From: Geotalea daltonii FRC-32
GTDB lineage: Bacteria > Desulfobacterota > Desulfuromonadia > Geobacterales > Geobacteraceae
DNA length: 32,000 nt
Direction of reading: 5' to 3'
NCBI RefSeq assembly: GCF_000022265.1
Contig: NC_011979.1
Location: forward strand, 1,620,001-1,652,000
This document shows, piece by piece, positions 1 to 8,053 of this stretch (the stretch's first letter is position 1; each line of letters begins with the position of its first letter). Made by a program: the position numbers and the translations under genes. The notes beneath the pieces were generated by a model. The model worked only from the letters and a program-made list of their open reading frames with translations, made no database searches and had not been told where the DNA came from.

Positions 1-96
1 TGGTTTGGAACACATTAATGCACCTATACATTAGCCCGTAATCGTGCTATTGATGGCTACATACGATGAACAACAAAGGGCACAGGGACGCGACAG

Positions 97-2004
97 ATGA
101 GTGCATCTTGGCTGAACGGTAAAATACCCGCTTTCTTTTTTGGAAGGATACGACACGCAGCTGTTGTTCACGGCATGATACTGATGCTCGTGGGTTTTTT
201 TGCCTACGCCAATACCTTCGACGCCCAGTTCAATTTCGACGACGTACCGGCGATTCTCGGCAATCCCACTGTCAGGAGCGCGGAATCAGTGACAGATCCC
301 CTGGCGATACGAGGGAACAGGGGGGTGGGAAATTTCAGCTTTGCCCTGAATTACAAGATTGCCGCCGAGCTCACGGGAGACGGCTTTTCCGTCCGCGGCT
401 ATCATTATTTCAACCTTGCCGTCCATCTTGCCAATGCTTTGCTGGTCTATCTGCTGGTGATCCTGACTATCCGGAGGTCCACATCAGGGGAAAGCAGTGA
501 GTGGCGGGGCAGGGGGATCGCTTTTTTGGCCGCTCTCCTTTTCGTCAGCCATCCGTTGCAGACCCAGGCTGTAACCTATATTGTCCAGCGCTTCACCTCT
601 CTGGCCACAACCTTTTACCTATTATCACTGGTCTTTTACATATTCGCCCGCAGCCAGCGGGGTGACTCGACAAACGGCAACCGTTTGAAGGCTGCCGTGT
701 TTTGGGCACTCTCAATCGTGCTGGCGGCACTGGCAATGGGAACCAAGGAAATTGCCATAACCCTTCCATTTACAATCATCCTCTACGAATTCCTTTTTTT
801 CAGGGGAAGCATCGTCAAACGTTTACTGGCAGCCGGCGCCTTTCTCCTCACCCTGATCATCATTCCCCTCAGCATTATCGGTGCATCCGGCGGACAGCTT
901 TTGAGCAGGATAGAGGCTGCAACAAAAGTTCAGACGGACATGTCGCGGCTGGATTACCTGTACACCCAGTTCAAGGTGGTAGTGACCTATTTGAGGCTGC
1001 TTTTTTTCCCGGCCGGGCAGAACCTGGAGTACGACTACCCCGTTTCCCATTCCTTTTTCGAGGCGGGGGTGATTCTCTCTTTCCTGCTGCTACTGGCGAT
1101 ATTTGGGCTTGGCGTCTATTTCCTTTATCGTTCGAAGTTCGAGGTTCGAGGTTCGAAGTTCGAAGTTGGCCAAGCGCATTCACCAATCACCAATCACCAA
1201 TCACCAATAACCAATCACCGCCTCATCGCCTTCGGCATTTTCTGGTTTTTCATTACCCTGTCGGTTGAGTCCAGTTTCATTCCCATTGTGGATGTCATCT
1301 TCGAGCATCGCGTCTATCTACCGTCGGTGGGCTTCTTCATCGCCGTCGCCACCCTGGTCGTCCTGGGTGCCGAAAAGCTTTCCCTGGGAAGGCCCAGGGT
1401 TGCCGACGGCCTGCTGGTATCCATATTGCTGCTGTCCTGTGTGCTGGCGCTGCTTACCTTCAATCGCAACCGGGTCTGGGCCGATGAGATAACCCTCTGG
1501 GAGGATGTAGCCGCCAAATCGCCGAACCTTTCCAGGCCATGGAACAACCTGGGCTACGCCTATCTCAAGCATCGTCTGCCGAAAAAGGCCATCCCGGCCC
1601 TCATTACCTCCATAACCATTTCTCCCGGTTCTCCCGATGCCTGGAACAACGTCGGAATGGCACTCACGCAGCTTGGCAGCTATACCGGGCGCTTCAGTCC
1701 CACTTATGAACTGTTCGATATGAGTGCCGGCATCACCTCGACCTATCAGAGCGAGTGGTTTGCCCTGGCTTACAACAATCTCGGCCTGGCCTACGATTCC
1801 ATGGGACAGGTCAATGAATCCATCGAGAACTTCCAGAAAGCGATCTCCATGAACCCGCGCCTGGCTCAGGCCTATTACAATCTGGGACTGGCCTTTCTTG
1901 CCATAAAAGACAAAGGGCAGGCTGCAGATCAGTATCGAATGTTGAGATCCCTCGATCCGGAACTGGCGGCAAAGCTGCGGGAAGCGGTGATTGGTGATTG
2001 GTGA
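97..2004 (+). CDS. Multi-pass membrane GT-C-type glycosyltransferase-like protein with C-terminal TPR repeats (TMTC/PMT-like, DUF1736-type architecture)
   Basis: 635-aa ORF. The N-terminal two thirds is a run of hydrophobic helices with an early acidic loop motif (FNFDDVP), like the DD/DE motif of PMT/TMTC GT-C enzymes. The C-terminus has TPR-like repeats (WNNLGYAY, AYNNLGLAY, AYYNLGLAF). It carries an in-frame heptamer-array insertion at 1131-1219, and its stop codon lies in a second array. Confidence 0.75.
   Translation: MSASWLNGKIPAFFFGRIRHAAVVHGMILMLVGFFAYANTFDAQFNFDDVPAILGNPTVRSAESVTDPLAIRGNRGVGNFSFALNYKIAAELTGDGFSVRGYHYFNLAVHLANALLVYLLVILTIRRSTSGESSEWRGRGIAFLAALLFVSHPLQTQAVTYIVQRFTSLATTFYLLSLVFYIFARSQRGDSTNGNRLKAAVFWALSIVLAALAMGTKEIAITLPFTIILYEFLFFRGSIVKRLLAAGAFLLTLIIIPLSIIGASGGQLLSRIEAATKVQTDMSRLDYLYTQFKVVVTYLRLLFFPAGQNLEYDYPVSHSFFEAGVILSFLLLLAIFGLGVYFLYRSKFEVRGSKFEVGQAHSPITNHQSPITNHRLIAFGIFWFFITLSVESSFIPIVDVIFEHRVYLPSVGFFIAVATLVVLGAEKLSLGRPRVADGLLVSILLLSCVLALLTFNRNRVWADEITLWEDVAAKSPNLSRPWNNLGYAYLKHRLPKKAIPALITSITISPGSPDAWNNVGMALTQLGSYTGRFSPTYELFDMSAGITSTYQSEWFALAYNNLGLAYDSMGQVNESIENFQKAISMNPRLAQAYYNLGLAFLAIKDKGQAADQYRMLRSLDPELAAKLREAVIGDW
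1131..1219 (+). repeat. Composite tandem heptamer array: (TTCGARG)x5, 12-nt spacer, (TCACCAA)x~5.7, in-frame inside the CDS
   Basis: Read directly: ttcgaag ttcgagg ttcgagg ttcgaag ttcgaag (1131-1165), then tcaccaa x4, taaccaa, tcacc (1180-1219). It translates as RSKFEVRGSKFEVGQAHSPITNHQSPITNH. Confidence 0.95.
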
Positions 2005-2088
2005 TTGGTGAAGAGTAAATCGGTGAATGGTGAATAGTGATTGGTGATTGGTGAAGATAACCTCGAACCTCGAACTTCGAACTTCGAA
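1986..2088 (+). repeat. Inverted copy of the composite heptamer array: (TTGGTGA) blocks followed by (CYTCGAA)x4
   Basis: Read directly: ggtga ttggtga x3 (1986-2011), a degenerate block (2022-2040), ttggtga x2 (2041-2054), then cctcgaa x2 and cttcgaa x2 (2061-2088). It is the reverse complement of the arrangement at 1131-1219. It contains the TGA stop of the upstream CDS (2002-2004) and fills most of the 101-nt spacer before the next gene. Confidence 0.95.
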
Positions 2089-2105
2089 CAGAAGTTAGGA
2101 CTGGA

Positions 2106-2819
2106 ATGGCAAAAACGATTGTTGTAATACCGGCATATAACGAAGGTGGCGTCATTGCAGGCGTCATTGAGAAGGTGCGCCGAGCGGTCCCTGATCTGGA
2201 TATACTGGTGGTCAATGACGGCTCCCGGGATCGTACCGCCAGAGAGGCCAAGGATGCCGGGGCCATCGTAATCTCCCATTCATTCAATATGGGTTATGGG
2301 GTGACGATCCAGACCGCCTATAAATTTGCCTATGCAAACGGATACGATTACCTGGTGCAGATAGATGGGGATGGCCAGCATGATCCGGCCTTCATCCCGC
2401 ACCTTCTCGCTCCTGTTGTCTCCGGAGATACCGACTTTGTCCTCGGCTCCCGTTTCATGGGGGTCGAGAGCTATCGCCCGTCGTTTTCCCGCCGACTGGG
2501 GATACTTTTCTTCCGCAAGCTCGTTTCCAATCTCATCGGCCGTTCCATAACAGACCCCACCTCCGGATACCAGGCCTTCAACCGGGAAGTGATGCGATTC
2601 TTCACCACCGACGTCTTCCCGTGCGACTATCCCGATGCCGACATGCTCATTACCCTCAACTTGTCGGGCTTCCGCATCAGGGAAATTCCCGTGCGCATGT
2701 ATGCCAACACCTCGGGGAAAACCATGCATAACGGCTTCAAGCCCCTTTACTACATGTTCAAAATGTGTCTGTCCATTTTCGTTACCCTATTGCGGAACCG
2801 GCAACTGTACCGGAGGTAG
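2106..2819 (+). CDS. Family 2 glycosyltransferase, polyprenyl-phosphate sugar synthase-like (GtrB/CsbB/DPM1-like)
   Basis: 237-aa ORF with the N-terminal GT2 signature IVVIPAYNE...VVNDGSRDRT...IDGDGQHDP and a C-terminal hydrophobic segment. ATG at 2106. Confidence 0.85.
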   Translation: MAKTIVVIPAYNEGGVIAGVIEKVRRAVPDLDILVVNDGSRDRTAREAKDAGAIVISHSFNMGYGVTIQTAYKFAYANGYDYLVQIDGDGQHDPAFIPHLLAPVVSGDTDFVLGSRFMGVESYRPSFSRRLGILFFRKLVSNLIGRSITDPTSGYQAFNREVMRFFTTDVFPCDYPDADMLITLNLSGFRIREIPVRMYANTSGKTMHNGFKPLYYMFKMCLSIFVTLLRNRQLYRR

Positions 2820-2822
2820 AAC

Positions 2823-3191
2823 ATGCCGTTAAAACAGCAGATTTTTGCCATCATTGTCAGTCTTCTGGTTTTTGTCCTGACCATAGATATGGTGCGAAAG
2901 AAGCGGCTGAGGGAGGAATATTCCCTGCTTTGGCTCATCACAAGCGTCTCCATGTTTATTCTGGTCATAAAGTACGACTGGCTCGTGGCGCTTACCCACC
3001 TCATAGGTGCCGGACTCCCCACCTCCACCCTTTTCCTGGGATCGATCATTTTCCTCATTCTTCTGGCAGTGCAATTTTCCATAAAAATATCAAAACTTTC
3101 CGATCAGTTGAAAGACCTTGTTCAGGATAATGCCCTGATGCGTCATGAGTTTGAAAAGCTCAAAAAAGAACGGGGGAATGAACGAGATTGA
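2823..3191 (+). CDS. Small membrane protein, DUF2304-like, typically paired with a GT2 gene
   Basis: 122 aa with hydrophobic helices plus a charged coiled C-terminal tail (KLSDQLKDLVQDNALMRHEFEKLKKE). It starts 4 nt after the GT2 stop. The pattern REEYSLLWL...LIGAGLPTSTLF resembles DUF2304 from memory. Confidence 0.65.
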   Translation: MPLKQQIFAIIVSLLVFVLTIDMVRKKRLREEYSLLWLITSVSMFILVIKYDWLVALTHLIGAGLPTSTLFLGSIIFLILLAVQFSIKISKLSDQLKDLVQDNALMRHEFEKLKKERGNERD

Positions 3192-3275
3192 TGGTTGGCC
3201 GCCGTGGCTTGCCCATGGCGGTAGATATTGAATTTTCAATTGCTAATCTTTTCCGTTTCCTGTAGTGTTCACTGC

Positions 3276-3887
3276 ATGAACGATCATGATGACAAGACCC
3301 TGGACAGTTATCGTGCCCTGCGGTTGATGGCCGAAATAGCAACAGAGGAACCCATCTCCCAAAGAGAACTGTCCAGTCGACTGGGCATTGCCCTGGGGCT
3401 CGTCAATTCATACCTGAAAAACCTGGTCAGCAAGGGTTTCGTCAGGGTGAAAAATTTCCCCCGAAATCGTTACGCCTACCTCCTTACCCCACAGGGGATT
3501 GCCGAAAAAAGTCGTCTTGCCTATCAGCATCTGGGTTATTTTTCCAGCCTGTACACCATAGCCCGCCAGGACTACCTGGTCCTTTTCAGGTCGCTCCATG
3601 GCCAGGGGGTCCAAAATGTGGCATTTTGCGGCGTCGATGAGGTGGCGGAAATTGCATACCTTTCGCTGAAGGAGACAGGACTTGAGCTTGCAACGGTCAT
3701 GGATGATGAAGCAGCTGGAAAAACCTTTTTTGACAAAACGGTGACTACACTGGCTATGGGGCTGCTGTCGGGCAATCACCGCATCGTCATCACCTCACTG
3801 AAACGCAGAGAGGCTCTGCGGGAAGACCTTTTGAGACTTGGTGTCGATCCGGAACTGATTCTTGTGACGGGAAATTTAGAAAGCTAA
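3276..3887 (+). CDS. EPS-associated MarR/winged-helix transcriptional regulator with an extra C-terminal domain
   Basis: ISQRELSSRLGIALGLVNSYLKNLVSKGFVRVKNFPRNRYAYLLTPQGIAEKSRL matches the exopolysaccharide-locus MarR family pattern from memory. The start is placed at the ATG at 3276 (MNDHDD) because the track start at 3228 is a TTG with no RBS. No strong RBS was seen for either start. Confidence 0.65.
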   Translation: MNDHDDKTLDSYRALRLMAEIATEEPISQRELSSRLGIALGLVNSYLKNLVSKGFVRVKNFPRNRYAYLLTPQGIAEKSRLAYQHLGYFSSLYTIARQDYLVLFRSLHGQGVQNVAFCGVDEVAEIAYLSLKETGLELATVMDDEAAGKTFFDKTVTTLAMGLLSGNHRIVITSLKRREALREDLLRLGVDPELILVTGNLES

Positions 3888-3938
3888 AATATGATTATGT
3901 CGTTTTGCCATAGCTGACGGGGAAAGGGAGGTACGGAA

Positions 3939-4676
3939 GTGAGCCTGCTGCAACAGTTTAAAGAAATGATTCCCTACGGTGTCAGGAAAAGTTTGCTGGA
4001 CTTGGCACGGCCGGACAGGCCGGGTATCGGGCCGGTACTGCGAGGAATGAACCGGGATATGTCAACCATCTTTGACATCGGCGCCAACGTGGGAGATGTT
4101 TCCCTACAGATGCTTTACTACTTCCCGAAGGCCTCTGTCTATTCATTCGAGCCTTGCTCAGAAACATATGACCTTTTGGTGCGCAAAATAGCCGAGGCTG
4201 GATACAGCGACCGTTCGCACACCTTCAAACATGGATTTTTTGACGAGACAAAAAAAGCGGCGCTCAATATCACTTCCTTCCACGGAGCCAACTCCATGCT
4301 TGATATTAGCGAAGAATACCACAGGGCCAACCCCCATATTGCAAAAGTTCGGACGGAGGAGATATCCTTGGTCCGTCTGGACGATTTTGTCGAACAGCAG
4401 GGCCTTCGGCACATCGATCTGGTGAAGATAGATGTTGAGGGTGTTGAGCAGCAGATATTGAGAGGAGGGGCGAAAACCTTTTCCACAATGGTGGATACGG
4501 TCATTGTGGAAATTTCATTTGTGCGCAATCCACGGGAGTCGGGTGAGTTTGTCAGACTGTTCCAACTGATGCATGAGTACGGTTTTGCCCCGTCGCAATT
4601 CTATGATGTGGAACATGTCAACGGGGATGCCAAGTGGAAGTTGGCGCAAGTGGATTGCGTCTTCAGGCGTTTTTGA
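3939..4676 (+). CDS. FkbM-family SAM-dependent methyltransferase
   Basis: 245 aa with FDIGANVGDVS (SAM motif I) and LVKIDVEGVEQQILRGG, typical of the FkbM family. GTG start preceded by AGGGAGG. Confidence 0.8.
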   Translation: MSLLQQFKEMIPYGVRKSLLDLARPDRPGIGPVLRGMNRDMSTIFDIGANVGDVSLQMLYYFPKASVYSFEPCSETYDLLVRKIAEAGYSDRSHTFKHGFFDETKKAALNITSFHGANSMLDISEEYHRANPHIAKVRTEEISLVRLDDFVEQQGLRHIDLVKIDVEGVEQQILRGGAKTFSTMVDTVIVEISFVRNPRESGEFVRLFQLMHEYGFAPSQFYDVEHVNGDAKWKLAQVDCVFRRF

Positions 4677-4702
4677 GGTGTGGGCAAAGGGAAAACATGT
4701 AG

Positions 4703-6184
4703 ATGAATAGGGACACCATCGTCATCACCTGCGGCAGGGTGCTCCAGATGGTCATTACCCTTGTTTCCGTGCGAGTTTTCACTTCTGTGCTCTCAGTTCA
4801 CGAAGTGGGGAATATTTACTTGATCAACTCATTGTTCGGGTTCTTCGGCTTGGCTCTGATCAACCCGGTCGGGATGTATCTTAACCGCAAGATGCACCGC
4901 TGGGCAGAGAAAAAACTCGTCCTGAATCGATTTGCCATATTCAATTTCTTCCTTCTGTTACTGGCGATTCTTTCCAGCATCATCGTTTTTTTGGTTCATC
5001 GCATTGGGCATGTGGGAGGTTCGATTTCCCTGCCGGTACTGATGCTTTTCCTGATGTTGAGTATTTACTTTACCGCCTGGAACCAGACCATCATTCCGAC
5101 GTTGAACCTTCTCAACCACCGGCTGAGCTTCGTGGTATTCACCCTTCTGACCCTGATATCCGGGCTTGGGATGGCTGTTCTGCTGGTTAATTTCTGGGCT
5201 GCAACTGCAGTCTCTTGGTTAAGCGGTCAGTTGATTGCCCAAGCGCTCTTTGCCCTTATCGCACTCTATCATCTGCGCAAGGTCGTTGGAGGTACGGTAG
5301 ACCGGTCAGAAATGGGACAGGTCATTAAGCGGGAGAATCTCGTCCATGTGCTGAGTTTTGTGTTTCCTTTAGGGATCACCACCTTTTTTATGTGGCTGCA
5401 GAACCAGTCTTATCGGATCGTTATCGAAAAGACTGCAGGTGCCGAGTTCCTGGGGCTACTCGGTCTGGGGATAGGGGTTGCTTCCAGCATTGCTGCAGCA
5501 TTTGAATCGCTTGTTCAGCAGTTGTATCTGCCGCTGTTCTATAGTGAAATAAGCACCTATGACCAAGAGCGTCGAACACAGGCCTTCAACAGGATGGTTC
5601 AGCTGACATTGCCGGTCTATCTCTCCATGACCGTGCTGGTGTCTTGTCTCGCGCCTTTCCTGGTGAATCTGCTGGCACACGAGAAATTCAGCACGGCTTT
5701 TCAATTTGTGATTTTCGGTGCCTGGATGGAGCTGTTTCGGGTATCGACAAATGTTTTCGGTTTGGTTGCCCAGTCGGAAATGCAGACACGATACCTCGTC
5801 AAGGCATATTTGACGGGAGGGGTGATTGCTGTCGGCGGTGTTTATGTCGCAGCAACCCATCAATATTTCCAGCAGACGGTGCCTTTGATTCTGGTGGCAA
5901 GCGGCCTCATCACGACGATTGTCATGTATGCCCAAATGAAAAAACTTATGAGGATAAAACTTGGGATCAGAAACGTAGTGAAATCCCTGCTTGTGTCATT
6001 ACCCTTTCTCCTGGCGATACTTTTTTACAACCAGCCGAGAACGATGCTCTCGTCTCTTGCTATCCTTGCCGTATCCGGTCTGTATTTCTTGTTGACGCAG
6101 TACTTGATCTGCCGGCCTCTGCTGGCCCAGGCACAGAAGGCACAAGAAGATACGGTATCGCTAAGGGCAGGAAAGGCGTTCTGA
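4703..6184 (+). CDS. Polysaccharide/oligosaccharide flippase (Wzx-like, MOP superfamily)
   Basis: 493-aa ORF that is almost entirely hydrophobic helices (about 12-14 TM), in a glycan cluster. The length and architecture fit Wzx-like flippases. No diagnostic motif was checked. Confidence 0.65.
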   Translation: MNRDTIVITCGRVLQMVITLVSVRVFTSVLSVHEVGNIYLINSLFGFFGLALINPVGMYLNRKMHRWAEKKLVLNRFAIFNFFLLLLAILSSIIVFLVHRIGHVGGSISLPVLMLFLMLSIYFTAWNQTIIPTLNLLNHRLSFVVFTLLTLISGLGMAVLLVNFWAATAVSWLSGQLIAQALFALIALYHLRKVVGGTVDRSEMGQVIKRENLVHVLSFVFPLGITTFFMWLQNQSYRIVIEKTAGAEFLGLLGLGIGVASSIAAAFESLVQQLYLPLFYSEISTYDQERRTQAFNRMVQLTLPVYLSMTVLVSCLAPFLVNLLAHEKFSTAFQFVIFGAWMELFRVSTNVFGLVAQSEMQTRYLVKAYLTGGVIAVGGVYVAATHQYFQQTVPLILVASGLITTIVMYAQMKKLMRIKLGIRNVVKSLLVSLPFLLAILFYNQPRTMLSSLAILAVSGLYFLLTQYLICRPLLAQAQKAQEDTVSLRAGKAF

Positions 6185-6187
6185 TTA

Positions 6188-7177
6188 ATGCTCAGGATTA
6201 AGCTGACAACTGCTTCTCCCGAATGGCCCCTTTTGAGACAAACGCCACTGGCCAGGGGCATTTGGGGAGAGTGCCAGTTCATACTAAACCAGGAGGTTGA
6301 TGAATGTGATTTCTGGGTGGTCTGTGAAGGCCTCCTGGAGCCTGAGAAAACCGTCTGTCCTCCGGAGAACCTCATATTGATAACGGCTGAGCCGCCTCCG
6401 GTAAAGCGGTACAGCCAAAGGTTCGTCGATCAGTTTTCGACGGTGGTGACCTGCCATCGGAAGCTCAAGCACTCCCATGTTATTCATAGCCAGCAGGCTT
6501 TGCCGTGGATGGTCGGGGGAAATTATAGTCGGGAGAGCAAAAGATGGGAAAGTTTCAGCAAGGATTACGATGAGCTGTCAAATCTGGGCGAATACAAAAA
6601 GGAACGGCTTTTGGCGGTCATACTGGCCAGAAAGACATTTACCTCGGGGCACAGGAAGAGATTGGCATTTGTCGAAAGACTCAAATCCCACTTCGGGGAT
6701 CAGTTGGATATCTATGGCGTTGGAATCAGGGAAATCGCTGACAAATGGGATGGCATTGCCCCCTACAAATACTACCTGGCCATTGAGAACTGTTCTTATG
6801 AGGATTACTGGACGGAAAAATTGTCCGATGCATATCTTGCCGGAGCGTACCCTTTTTACTATGGCTGTCCCAATATTGAAGATTATTTTCCCATCGATGC
6901 GTTTACCCGTATCGATCCGGACAACATGGACAGCTCCATAGCCATCATTGAAAAGCAGATAGAGCATGGTCGCTATGAACAGAGCATTAATGCCATCCAG
7001 TCGTGCAGGGACCTCGTCCTGAACAAGTACAATCTGTTTCCGATGGTGGCTGAACTGTGCAGGAAACAATATATGGAACAAGGGATCAAACAGAAATCCA
7101 CTGTTAATCTCCAGCCTGAGCCGAACTCCTACCTTCGGAGGAAGGTGAACAAAATAAGGAATATCCTGAATCTGTGA
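6188..7177 (+). CDS. GT10-family (alpha-1,3/4-fucosyltransferase-like) glycosyltransferase
   Basis: YKYYLAIENCSYEDYWTEKLSDAYLAGAYPFYYGCPNIEDYF matches the GT10 signature (YKFxLxFENSxxxxYxTEK... then a second motif ending in P/G and DF). Confidence 0.75.
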   Translation: MLRIKLTTASPEWPLLRQTPLARGIWGECQFILNQEVDECDFWVVCEGLLEPEKTVCPPENLILITAEPPPVKRYSQRFVDQFSTVVTCHRKLKHSHVIHSQQALPWMVGGNYSRESKRWESFSKDYDELSNLGEYKKERLLAVILARKTFTSGHRKRLAFVERLKSHFGDQLDIYGVGIREIADKWDGIAPYKYYLAIENCSYEDYWTEKLSDAYLAGAYPFYYGCPNIEDYFPIDAFTRIDPDNMDSSIAIIEKQIEHGRYEQSINAIQSCRDLVLNKYNLFPMVAELCRKQYMEQGIKQKSTVNLQPEPNSYLRRKVNKIRNILNL

Positions 7178-7279
7178 CAGGAGTCTACCGGCCCACTGGG
7201 ACCATGGCACCCCCCATTGACGCTGTTTAGTGTTGTTGCTGCTCATGAACGAAGCATGGAGTGAAGGTGAATAGCTAGC

Positions 7280-8053
7280 ATGGCCATACCGTTAAAAGCA
7301 AAATTGGCAAAGATGAACCTCCTGCGGTGGATGTACGGGTTATACAAATTTCTCACCGGCTATGTCCGTTTTATCCGTGACTTTTTTTCTTTCCGCAGAC
7401 AGGTGAAGAATGGCGAACGCTTCACTCTGCGATGGAATGACCGCTATCCTTGTCTTGATGACCGGACCGCCACTACCGGTTTTGATCGTCACTATATTTT
7501 CCATCCAGCCTGGGCTGCACGCATACTGGCCCGGACAAGGCCAGAGTTCCATGTGGACATATCGTCATCGCTCCATTTTTGCTCTTTGGTTTCCGCTTTT
7601 CTCCCGGTACGGTTCTATGACTATCGCCCGGCGGATCTGCATCTCAGCAATCTGACTTCTGAATCGGCCGATTTGTTGGCCTTGCCTTTCGGCAAAGACA
7701 CAGTACTCTCACTTTCCTGCATGCACGTGATCGAGCATGTCGGCCTTGGTCGCTACGGTGACTCCCTTGATCCCGAAGGGGATCTGAAGGCAATCGCAGA
7801 GCTTAAGCGCGTTCTTGCTCCAGGAGGGGATCTTTTAATCGTTGTGCCGGTGGGGAATCCCCGCATCTTGTTCAATGCCCACAGGATTTATTCCTATGAA
7901 CAGATAACAGGGTATTTTTCCCCTCTGTCATTGCAGGAATTTACCCTCATCTCCGATGACCCGGCGACCGGGCTGATTTTTAATGCGTTGCCGGAGCAGG
8001 TCGCAGAGCAACGATATGGGTGTGGTTGCTTTTGGTTCAAAAGGGAACCCTGA
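7280..8053 (+). CDS. DUF268-like class I SAM-dependent methyltransferase
   Basis: 257 aa. CMHVIEHVGLGRYGDSLDPEGDLKAIAELKRVLAPGGDLLIVVPVG...FNAHRIY resembles the DUF268 family from memory. Confidence 0.6.
   Translation: MAIPLKAKLAKMNLLRWMYGLYKFLTGYVRFIRDFFSFRRQVKNGERFTLRWNDRYPCLDDRTATTGFDRHYIFHPAWAARILARTRPEFHVDISSSLHFCSLVSAFLPVRFYDYRPADLHLSNLTSESADLLALPFGKDTVLSLSCMHVIEHVGLGRYGDSLDPEGDLKAIAELKRVLAPGGDLLIVVPVGNPRILFNAHRIYSYEQITGYFSPLSLQEFTLISDDPATGLIFNALPEQVAEQRYGCGCFWFKREP

Noticed and set aside
7-22. Sigma54-like TGGAAC-N-TGCA upstream of the first gene, and TGGCA at 29336-29340 upstream of the cytochrome.
   Set aside because: GG-to-GC spacing is 13 instead of 12 at the first site, and no GC element is at the correct distance at the second. 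Neither is convincing without a PWM scan.
702-1268. 188-aa alternative-frame ORF running through the heptamer array, and the minus-strand ORFs 1811-2287 and 1929-2279 crossing the second array.
   Set aside because: They are open only because the repeat units are stop-free in those frames. Their sequences are low-complexity and are embedded in or opposite well-supported genes.
1131-2088. The heptamer arrays as a CRISPR array, or as an invertible (shufflon-like) switch flipping 1220-1985.
   Set aside because: Units are 7 nt with no spacers, so this is not CRISPR. For inversion, no recombinase gene is in the window, and the reverse complement of 1220-1985 has only short ORFs (77-84 aa) that would not continue the protein. 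I keep inversion only as something to test in read data.
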